This document shows positions 37,801 to 48,010 of a stretch of DNA of 64,000 nt, piece after piece; position 1 is the stretch's first letter, and each line of letters opens with the position of its first letter. A program made the translations under genes and the position numbers. This DNA is from Antechinus flavipes (Eukaryota). The notes under the pieces are model-generated. The model saw only the letters and a program-made list of their open reading frames with translations. It searched no databases and was not told the DNA's origin. The stretch lies in contig NC_067400.1 of the NCBI RefSeq assembly GCF_016432865.1, positions 624,526,001-624,590,000 on the forward strand. Direction: 5' to 3'.

Positions 37801-40265
37801 CCCAAGCCCCCCCTCACATCCTGCCCAGGCAGGGCTCCCCTTTCCCCAAGGCCCCTGGTCTTCCACTTCTCCCAGCCCCCCCATGTCCCAGCCCTCCATG
37901 TGCCAGGCCTCCTGCCCTCGGACCCCCAGCACTGCCTCCTGCCCTCGGACCCCCAGCACGGGCCTCCTGCCCTCGGACCCCCAGCACTGCCTCCTGCCCT
38001 CCGCACCCCCAGCGCTGCCTCCTGCCCCCCGCACCCCCAGCCCTGCCTCCTGCCCTCGGACCCCCAGCGCTGCCTCCTGCCCTCCGCACCCCCAGCCCTG
38101 CTTCCTGCCCTCTGCACCCCAGTCCCCCAGCCCTGCCTCCTGCCCCCCACACCCCCAGCCCTGCCTCCTGCCCTCGGACCCCCAGCCCTGCCTCCTGCCC
38201 CCCACAGGTGGTTGGACAAGTCTCTGAACCTCGTGGTCTTCGCCGGCGGCCGCATGGGGCTGAACGTGGAGCACGCCTGGGCCGACGCCCCGGTCCCTTC
38301 GCACATGTGGGAGGCACGAGCCGGACACCCCGCCCTTGGGGGGCCGCATCCTGTCTCCAAGGGGCCTCTTGGAGCGCAGGCTTTGGGGGGCGGGGCCGGC
38401 CCTGGGCGGGGTCTTGACCGCTTCTCTCTCCCGCCCCCCAGGCCGTCCTGGCTGCCGAGTGCTTCGAACTGGGCTACTCGGCCGACGGGCATTGCCGAGG
38501 GACCCCCGACCCCGGGGCGAGCCGGCCGGAGCGGCTGCGCTGGGCGGTGCCCGAGGAGGTGAGAGCCCCCGCCCCCGTCCCGGGCGCCCTGTGCCCGGCC
38601 TCGGCCCCTCACGGTGCTCCCTTCCCGGGCAGGTGGCCGCCGCCGTCCCCCTGGCTCTGCGGGAGGCCCGGGCCTTGGCTCGAGACACCGAGTGCCACGT
38701 GCTCCCCTTCGCCCACTTTGGGAGAGGATTCACCCGACGCTGCCGAGCCCCGGGGAGCAGCTTCGTGCAGCTGGCGCTGCAGCTGGCGCGCTTTCGGGTC
38801 AGTGTCGGGGCGCGGGAGGGACACCTGGGCCGGGCGGGGATTGGGGGCGGGGCCGGGGGGGGGCGGGGCAAATGCCGGGGTGGGACTCCGTGCCCAGACT
38901 AACCCCGCCCCATCCCGCGCCCGCCAGGACCAGGGCGGCTTCTGCCTGACCTACGAGGCCTGCGTGACCAGGGCGTTTCTCGAGGGCCGCACGGAGACGG
39001 TCCGGCCGTGCACCGAGGAATCCTGCGCCTTCGTCAGGGCCATGCAGGACCCGAGGCTGCCGGTAGGGCCCCCCCGCTCCCGCCCTCCGCAGTCCCCCAG
39101 AGTCCGGAGTGGGGGGGGGGAATGATGACCTCTGGTTGACCTCCCCCAGAATGCTCAGCGTCTGGCGCTCTTCCGAGCGGCCGCGGACAAGCACCGGGCG
39201 CTGTGCCGGGCGGCCCTGAGCGGCGAGGGCGTCGATCGCCACCTCTTCTGCCTCTACCTGGTCTCTCGGTTCCTCCCGCTCCCGTCCCCGTTCTTGACCC
39301 AGGTCAGCGGACCCTGCCCGGGGGAGGAGGGGGTGCCTCGGGGAATGGGCCGAGCCTTGGGGTCCCCCGGCCCACGCCCTCCTCCCGAACCCCACTCTCC
39401 AGGTTCGGGCCGAGCAGTGGAAACTCTCCACCAGCCAGAGCCCCACACAGCAGCCGCAGCTGTTCGATCCGGCCAATCACCCCGACTTTGTCTGCTGCGG
39501 GGGCGGCTTTGGGCCTGTGAGTGGGCCGGGCAGGGGGATGGGACAGCCCCCGATGCTGGGGGGGATGGGACAACCCCTGGATGGGGGGGGGAGGCTGCAG
39601 TGGAGTCCCCAGACACCAAGGAGGGGCCTCCAGGGGGGTCCCTAGGCCGGGCGGGAGGGGGTGGGGGTGGGGTGAGGACGGGGCCCTGGGGATTTTTCTT
39701 CTCCCTGGCTGCAGGCAGATGATGATGGCTATGGGGTGTCCTACATCTTCATGGGGGAGAGCATGGTCACCTTCCACATTTCCTGCAAGGTCTCCAGCCC
39801 TGACACGGTTAGAGCTCTTGTCTTCCCTGGTGTCCGGCCCCCCACCCTCCCATCCCCCATTCCCTGGTCTCCAAGCCCCCCTCCCAGCTCTCCCATTATC
39901 CCCCATTATCCCTCTGGAGAGGTCAGAGAAGCCTGGATTTGGAGCTGGTAGGACCTTGGGGAGCATCCGTTTTGCCCAGGCCCCCCCATCCCCGAGTGTC
40001 CCGTCCTTGCCCTCTCTGGGTCCCCTTGGATCTCGGGCCCCTCGATCCTTTCTCACTCGCCCCACCTCCGCAGGATGCCCGGCGCTTCGGGCGGCACATT
40101 CAGGACGCCATGCTGGACGTGGCCGCGCTGTTTGGCCTGGGCGTCGGGCCCAGCACAGGGGCCCGGCCAGGCGGGGCGGCCCGGGAGGACAAGAACTCCG
40201 GTGAGGGCTCCCGGGGGCCCGACCCCCCGCAGGAACCCCCTGCTCCCGGAGACCCAGAGCCCTGA
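34855..40265 (+). CDS. CPT1C: Carnitine O-palmitoyltransferase 1C (brain-type CPT1), ~807 aa, divergent
   Basis: Exons: 34855-34995, 35281-35420, 35611-35785, 35936-36037, 36320-36457, 36537-36614, 36719-36826, 36915-36999, 37327-37534, 37614-37787, 38208-38313 (GC donor), 38442-38558, 38633-38797, 38928-39062, 39150-39302, 39403-39516, 39715-39807, 40074-40265 (TGA); phases close. Motifs: [24 protein letters not shown] (catalytic His codon 38272-38274), GRTETVR, GVDRHLF, LSTSQ, GGGFGP. The paralog call rests on synteny after PRMT1 and CPT1C-like exons ([22 protein letters not shown]). The C-terminal exon is uncertain. Confidence 0.93.
37905..38200. repeat. ~27-bp minisatellite (CTGCCTCCTGCCCTCGGACCCCCAGC[A/C]) in a CPT1C intron
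   Basis: About 11 visible copies, ending at the acceptor at 38207. Confidence 0.93.
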
Positions 40266-41164
40266 GGGAGCCGCCCACCCCTGGGGGGTTGTGGCAGCCC
40301 CCGAGAGACCCGAGGGGCCAAGGCGGCACCCTGGAGGCTGGGGGACTCACTCAGAAGCCGGGCCCAGGCTTGACCGCCTCAGCTCCGGCTCTGGCTTTAT
40401 GGGCGCCTTGGCGGTCCCCCTCCTGTGTCCTCATCCCCAACATGAAGTCCGGTTTTCTGGCTACAGAACACAGCCCACCCCTTGGGCCATCCCCACCTGA
40501 CGGTTCCACGGGCTGAGGTCACCCCATTTCCCGGGGGCCATGGCCTGAGGTCACCCCATTCTACGGCCGGGCCATCAGCTCGGACCCTATCTCGACGGCT
40601 GTCACTCCAATGGCCCCATTCCATGGGCCAAGGTCAATGACGGGCTGAGCCCATTCCACAGATTCCCCTTCGGCCCCGCCGCCCCGCCCTTCCCCCTCAC
40701 GTTGCCTATCCAGCCCCGACTCCAGCGGTCCGCAGCTAAGCTCCGCCCGGTCCCCTCGGCTCCGCGCCGATGCCCAGCCCCGGCCTCCACAACATCCCCG
40801 GCCCCGGGCCGCGCCCTTCCCCCGGCCGGCCCCTGGCTTATTCTGGCTCTGTCGGGCCGGCCGCGGAACACCGGATGACCCTCAGCCCTTACTGGGATTC
40901 AGGAAGCCATAATGAGGCACCTCCCGCGGGCCCCACGGAGGGCGTGGAGCTGGGAGTGTGGAGGCCGCGTTCCTACGGATGGGGACCCCGCAGCCAGGCC
41001 GGGGCCTTCACAGCGGCAACTTGGCCGGGCCTGAGGGAACCCGGGGCTCCCCTCGGGAAGCCCTGGGAGGAAGCGGGGAGCGGCGATGGCCGGGGGGCCG
41101 GACCTCCAGGAGTCCTCGGCTCAAGCTCTGTCCCACACCAGCCGTGGGAGCCGGGGCGAATGGC

Positions 41165-41280
41165 CCCTCAGTCTCCTTACCTGTAAAATGGGAATAATAC
41201 TAACGCCTACCTCCCAGGGTTGTTGGGAGATATTTGTAATGTGCTTTGCTAACCTTAAAGCCGCATAAATAAACTCTAGC
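41165..41280 (+). mobile_element. MIR/MAR1-type CORE-SINE fragment
   Basis: CTCAGTCTCCTTACCTGTAAAATGGGAATAATACTAACGCCTACCTCCCAGGGTTGTTG is the CORE sequence, followed by an A-rich tail. Confidence 0.75.
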
Positions 41281-41580
41281 TATTTGACGATGACGAGTAA
41301 CGAGCGGGGATGTAGCAGAGGCGAGGGGAGCAGGGAAGCTGCCCGCGGACTGTGAAGGGTGAGAGTTGTGGGAGAGCGGGGTGGGCGGCGCCGGGGGGGG
41401 GGGTGGCACAGGGCACAGACAGCCGATCGCCGCCCGGGGCTCCTCCTCCTCCCTCCTCCTCCGGCTGCGGGTAACCTGGGCAGCGCCCCCGTCAGGGTCT
41501 AGGAGACACCGCCCTCTTGTTAGCTCCGCGGGCCTTGCGCATAAAATAGTGCCGGCGCCGCTTCCAAACGTCTTGTCTCA

Positions 41581-41714
41581 AGGGGCAGCTAGGGGGCGCA
41601 GTGGACGGAGCACCCGCCCTGGAGTCAGCAGGACCCGAGTTCAAATCCGACCTCAGACACTTGACGCTTCCCCGCTGTGTGACCCTGGGCAGGTCACTTA
41701 ACCCCCGTCTCCTC
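41581..41714 (+). mobile_element. tRNA-derived marsupial SINE (WSINE1-like), GC-shifted copy
   Basis: A-box/B-box head GGGGCAGCTAGGGGGCGCAGTGG...GAGTTCAAATCC, then GTGTGACCCTGGGCAGGTCACTTAACCCC. Aligns with the copies at 53125-53250 (-) and 54972-55118 (+). Confidence 0.85.
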
Positions 41715-43367
41715 AGGGAAACACTGACTAACTGCGGGACTCTGAGCACCCGAGGGCCAGAAGAGAGAGAGCGGATCCCCGGAAAGCCTGTGTTGTTAGG
41801 GATCGGGCGGTTCCCCAGCTCCCCCTCCTGACCCAGGCGCAGAGGACGGAGCTTTGGGCCACGTGGCCCGCAAAGAACTGCCCAGAACATTTCCCATCGA
41901 CAGCTTTGGGTTTTATAGCATCAGAATTTCTGCCGCTATCTTCCCTCTCCCAACTCCCAGAGCCATCCTCCGTAAAGAAAAAAAGGGGGAAAGGAGGAAA
42001 AACCAGCAAAAGGGGCCAACAGACTGAGAGTCCCGCGATATGGGGAAACGTCCGCCCCTTGGCCCTATCCCCTGTGCAGAGGAGCGAAGGGAGGGGTCCC
42101 AGGGCCGGGACTTTTGGGGGGTTTCTTCCCACCGGGCGGCCGAGCGGACCCTGGAGACGGGGGCCGAGGAGCTGGATCCCCGCTGTCAATCACCCTCCGG
42201 CGTGGGCAGTCCCGAGGAACAGCTCTTGAACTGGTTAACTTAGGGAAGGTTAAGGGCTGTCTAAGAACAGTTGGTCCAAATACTTCTCCCGCCTGCTGGC
42301 TCGCGTTCTCCCACAGATACACCCGGGAAAAGTGGGCTCACGGTTAATGCCAGGGGCACCTCATCCTCCCTCCCGGGGAGCAGCTCCTCTTCCAGCAGAA
42401 TATCTGGGCTCCCAGGGACCCATTCTCCGGTCCCAGCCGGGGACGCTGTCAGGAACTGCCGCAGTCTCGCCAGTGACCTGATCAACACGAGGGATGGATG
42501 GCAGAGGAGGGGGAGGGAGAGACGCCCCCCCAAGGGGCTCCCTCCCAGGCCCCTGGCTTGCTGTCACTCTGCACTGCCCGGGCGCCTCTTAGGCCAAAGA
42601 CTGAAATTTCCAGCCGACTTAAAGCTTCCTTATTCCATCAGCTAATCTGCGTCCATCTCCAACCAAATCCACCGCTGGTAATTCGTGAAGTACTCGGTCC
42701 GCCGGGTGCCGGGCGCAGCGCTAAGTGCAGGCGAGAGAAAGAGGCAAAATCCTTCGCTTTCACGTCTGATGGGCGGGGGGCAACCGCCAAACACGCAGCA
42801 ATGAGCAGGGACGGGCGGGCAAAAAGTAGCAGGATAAGAGAGGGAGAGGGCTCCTCCTGCAGAAGGTGGGATGTTAGTCGGGACCTCCGTGCAGCTGGGG
42901 AGGTGGCGGTCAGAGCAGAGAACAGCTGGAGGGATGATGAGGGGGTCCCCGCTGCGGGGGATACAGAGGAGAGAGGCTGCAAGGGCAAAAGCCAGGATGG
43001 GGACGGTGCAGAGGCCTGAGGAACTGGGGGCTCGCTGTCGCCTCCGCAGCAGTGGGAGGAGGGAGGGTTTGGGGGCAAAGAATGAGCTGGACATTGCGGG
43101 TCTGAAACCACTCCTGGATGTGGACTTTGGGGTATCTGAAAGGCAGAGGCGGCAGATGGGAAGTCAGCAGCGAGGTTAGGACAGAGAAGAGATTGGAGAA
43201 TCATCGGCACAAAGACAATAAGCAGATCCGAGTGAAGCAGGCTAGAGAAGAGAAGAGGGCCCAGGAGAGCCCAGAACCTTAGGAGATTCAAATGTTTTAT
43301 TCACTAAGGAAGCTGATTCAGTCTTTGTGTAGACCGTAAATGATCGCTGCGGTGGTAGTTTGCGTAA

Positions 43368-45332
43368 TGTCCGGGCTAGTGTTCTGGAGTCCTCCGGCGG
43401 GCCTTGGTCTCAGCAGGAGAGTCACCACGAGGTGGACAGGAATAGAGTCCAAAGTCTTTATTGTCTCCTTCAGTCTGCTCACTCTGACTCACTGTGACCC
43501 CGCTTCTCTCAGCCCTTAAATACCCTGTTACCATTACATCGTTACAGCATTCCGAGTACATGCCAACTAGAGCGATTATGTCACACTAGAGCCGTCATAT
43601 CACTGTATCACACCGGGGCGGTCATATCACTATATCGCACTGGAGCGGTCATATCATTACATCACACCGGGGCGGTCATATCACTATATCACACTGGGGC
43701 GGTCATATCATTACATCACACCGGGGCGGTCATATCACTATATCACACTGGGGCGGTCATATCACTATATCACACCGGAGCGGTCGTATCATTACATCAC
43801 ACCGGAGCAGTCATATCATTACATCACACGGGGCGGTCATATCATTACATCACACCGGGGCGGTCATATCATTACATCACACCGGAGCGGTCATACCATT
43901 ATATCACACCGGAGCGGTCATATCATTACATCACACGGGGCGGTCATATCATTACATCACACTGGAGCGGTCATATCACTATATCACACTGGGGTGGTCA
44001 TATCATTATATCACACCGGAGCGGTCATATCCTTATGTCACACCAGAGCGGTCATATCACTACATCACACCGGAGCGGTCATATCACTATATCACACCAG
44101 AGCGGTCATATCATTACATCACACCGGAGCGGTCATATCATTACATCACACCGGGGCGGTCATATCATTACATCACACGGGGCGGTCATATCACTATATC
44201 GCACCGGAGCGGTCATATCATTACATCACACCGGGGTGGTCATATCACTATATCACACTGGGGCGGTCATATCATTACATCACACCGGAGCAGTCATATC
44301 ATTATATCACACCGGAGCGGTCATATCATTACATCACACCGGAGCGGTCATATCATTACATCATACCGGGGCGGTCATATCATTACATCACATGGGGCGG
44401 TCATATCATTACATCACACCGGAGCGGTCATATCATTACATCACATGGGGCGGTCATATCACTATATCACACCGGAGCGGTCATATCATTACATCACACT
44501 GGGGCGGTCATATCATTACATCACACTGGGGCGGTCATATCACTATATCACACCGGAGCGGTCATATCATTACATCACACCGGGGCGGTCATATCATTAC
44601 ATCACACGGGGCGGTCATATCACTATATCGCACCGGAGCGGTCATATCATTACATCACACCGGAGCGGTCATATCATTACATCACACCGGGGCGGTCATA
44701 CCATTATATCACACTGGGGTGGTCATATCATTACATCACACCGGAGCGGTCATATCACTATATCACACTGGGGCGGTCATATCATTACATCACACCGAGC
44801 GGTCATATCATACATCACACCGGGGCGGTCATACCATTATATCACACTGGGGTGGTCATATCATTACATCACACCGGAGTGGTCATATCACTATATCACA
44901 CCGGGGTGGTCATATCACTATATCACACCGGGGCGGTCATATCACTATATCACACCGGAGCGGTCATATCATTACATCACACCGGAGCAGTCATATCATT
45001 ATATCACACCGGGGCGGTCATATCACTATATCACACCGGAGCGGTCATACCATTATATCACACCGGAGCGGTCATATCACTATATCACACCGGAGCGGTC
45101 ATACCATTATATCACACCAGAGCGGTCATATCCTTATGTCACACCGGAGTGGTTATATTATATCATACTAGTGTGATTATATCATTATATGAAACTAGAA
45201 TTATTATATCATTATATCATACTAGATATATGTATACTAGAGAACTTTCATCTCATCAATCCCACTAAGTTAACACCTTGTTGTAAGTATCCTTGTTTCA
45301 GGTATACTTTTCCAAAGTTCTGGCCCTTTACA
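43368..45332 (-). mobile_element. ERV solo LTR with an expanded internal VNTR
   Basis: TG...CA termini. On - strand, TATA-like TATTTAAG (43515-43522) followed by AATAAA (43457-43462). No adjacent PBS or gag/pol seen. No exact target-site duplication found, so the ends are approximate. Confidence 0.6.
43590..45150. repeat. 27-bp minisatellite (CACACCGG(A/G)GCGGTCATATCA(T/C)TA(C/T)AT), ~57 copies
   Basis: Visible array. The 9-aa period of the spurious ORFs (GAVISLHHT, ERSYHYITP) confirms the 27-nt unit. Confidence 0.97.
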
Positions 45333-46189
45333 ATTTGCATCCCATTTCTAAAGTAAAATTTAGTTAATTCAAATGAAATGACTTTAGTTGAGTTTCCTTT
45401 CTTTGGTTTGATGAAAATGACATTTTGAATGAATATTCAATAAAGATTGATCTTAATTTTTTTTCTAAGTGCACATTTAAAGGAAATATATCGTTTATTT
45501 CCCACCCATACCCATGAAAATAAATGCCCATCCAAACACTAGAAATAACGAAGAAATGAAAATGAAGCCAACTTTGAGGTTTTGTTTCATGTCCATGGCA
45601 AATTCACAAAATCAGTCTGAGGTGAGGATTTTAGAATAGAATGGCCATATTATTGCATTTTTGGTGGATCTGTAAATTTGTTCAATGTTTCTAGAAATGA
45701 ACTTAAAATTAAGTTACGAAAATGGTTAATATGCCTATATACTTTGTCTCAGAGATTCCCTGTCTAGGCAAGTAACCCAACAAGGTCAAGAATCAAAAGA
45801 AAGGTACTGTGTATAATAAACAGTTATAATATCATTATTTTTTTGGTAGCAAAGAAATGGAAATATAGCAGATGCTCATGGGTTGGGGAATGGCAAAAAC
45901 AAGTTGTGAATCCAGAGTTTAATGTGTATGAACAGAGAGCTCACTAACCAATATCGATTTTTAAAAGAAAAGTATAGCAAATGAAAATGAAAGGAAAGGG
46001 TGTGTGTGTGTGGGGGGGGAGGTTAATTGAGTCAAACAATCAATCATTCCCATACTAGTTAAAATAATCAACAAACTATTCTAGTTCTTGACAGCTTTAT
46101 CAGGGAGAATGTCTCTCTTCAAGCAATTAATCAAAGATATTTAACTAATGTACATGCTATTTTTCTGTGTGTCCTCTCTAAAAGAGCAA

Positions 46190-46840
46190 GCCAAAGATGA
46201 CAGAAATAGGTAACGATGAATGTTGGAGGGGATGTGGGAAAACTGGGACACTGATACATTGTTGGTGGAGTTGTGAGCAGATCCAATCATTCTGGAGAGC
46301 AATTTGGAACTATGCTCAAAAAGTGATCAAACTGTGCATCCCCTTTGATCCAGCAGTGTCTCTACTGGGCTTATATCCCAAAGAGATACTAAAGGAGGGA
46401 AAGGGACCTGTATGTGCCAAAATGTTTGTGGCAGCCCTGTTTGTAGTGGCCAGAAACTGGAAATTGAATGGATGCCCATCAATGGGAGAATGGCTGAGTA
46501 AATTGTGGTATATGAATATTATGGAATATTATTGTTCTGTAAGAAACAATTAACAGGATGGTTTCAGAGAGACCTGGGGAGACTTACAGGAACTGATGCT
46601 GAGTGAAATGAACAGAACCAAATCATTGTACACGGCAACAAGAATATACGATGCTCAATTCTGATGTATGTGGCTCTCTTCAACAATGAGATGATTCAAA
46701 CCAGTTCCATTTGTGCAGTGATGAAGAGAGCCATCTACACACAGAGAAAGAAGCCTATGGGAACTGAATGTGGAACACAACATAGCATTCTCACTCTGTT
46801 GTTTGCTTGCATTTTGTTTTCTTTCTCATTTTCTTTTTTC
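46190..46840 (+). mobile_element. LINE-1 3' fragment (ORF2 C-terminal Cys-rich region and 3'UTR)
   Basis: ORF 46197-46553 reads NDECWRGCGKTGTLIHCWW...PFDPAVSLLGLYPKE...MFVAALFVVARNWK, the L1 ORF2 C-terminus. Confidence 0.92.
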
Positions 46841-46849
46841 TTTTTTTTT

Positions 46850-48010
46850 AATTATAGCTTTTTATTTATAAGTTATATGCATGGGTAATTTTTCAGCACT
46901 GACAGTTGCAAATCCTTTTGTTCCAACTTTTTCCCTCCTTCCCCCCACCCCCTCCCCCAGATGACAGGTTGACCAATACATGTTAAATATACTAAAGTAT
47001 AAATTAAATACAATATAATTATACATGTCCAAACAGTTATTTTGCTGTACAAAAAGAATTGGACTCTGAGATAGTGTCCAATTAGCCTGTGAAAGAAATC
47101 AAAAATGCAGGCGGACAAAAATAGAGGGATTGGGAATTCTATGTAACGGTTCATAGTCATCTCCCAGAGCTCCTTCGCTGGGTGTAGCTGGTTCAATTCA
47201 TTACTGCTCCATTGGAACTGATTTGGTTCATCTCATTGCTGGAGGTGGCCATGTCCATCAGAATTGATCATCATATAGTATTGTTGAAGTGTATAATGAT
47301 CTCCTGGCCCTGCTCATTCCACTCAGCATCAGTTCCTGTAAGTCTCTCCAGGCCTCTCTGAAATCATCCTGTGGGTCTTTTCTTTTCTTTTTTTTAAATA
47401 ACTTTTTATTGACAGAACCCATGCCAGGGCAATTTTTTACAGCATTATCCCTTGCACTCACTTCTGTTCCGATTTTTCCCCTCCCTCCCTCCACCCCCTC
47501 CCCTAAATGGCAAGCCGTCCTTTACATGTTGAATAGGTTACAGTATACCCTAGATACAATATACGTGTGCAGAACCGAACAGTTCTCTTGTTGCACAGGG
47601 AGAATTGGATTCAGAACGTAGAAATAACCCGGGAAGAAAAACAAAACTGCAAGCAGTTTATATTCATCTCCCAGTGTCCTTTCTTTGGGTGTAGCTGCTT
47701 CTGTCCATCCTTGATCCATTGAAACTGAATTAGCTCTCTTTATCGAAGAGATCCACTTCCATCAGAATACATCCTCAAACAGTATCATTGTTGAGGTATA
47801 TAATGATCTCCTGGTCCTGCTCATTTCACTCAGCATCAGTTCCCATAAGTCTCACCAGTCCTCTCTGTATCCATCCTGCTGGTCCTTCCTTACAGAACAA
47901 TAATACTCCATAACGTTCATGTACCCTAACTTACTCAGCCGCTCCCCACTGATGGGCCTCGGCCCAGTTTCTGCTCCTCACCGCCACAGAAAGGGCGGCC
48001 ACTGACATTT
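46850..48010 (-). mobile_element. Two adjacent 5'-truncated L1 3' ends
   Basis: Poly-T heads at ~46840 and ~47385 followed by the reverse complement of the L1 3'UTR (CTCAGCATCAGTTCC, CCCCCTCCCC.AGATGGCAAG). Confidence 0.85.

Noticed and set aside
41581-41650. tRNA gene (A-box and B-box like sequence)
   Set aside because: It is the tRNA-derived head of a SINE. No cloverleaf, and it continues into SINE body sequence.
42360-42477. Relocated BCL2L12 exon (L.RLR..L..S pattern)
   Set aside because: The resemblance is short and low-complexity, the exon boundaries do not fit, and no other BCL2L12 exon is nearby.
43994-45268. 424-aa His/Tyr-rich repeat protein (and the 378-aa and 243-aa ORFs in the other frames)
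   Set aside because: Translation of the 27-bp VNTR. All three frames are open and there is no splice or promoter context on +.
46197-46553. Zinc-knuckle-like protein gene (also 59142-59945)
   Set aside because: Fragments of LINE-1 ORF2 C-terminus, 5'-truncated and containing stops.
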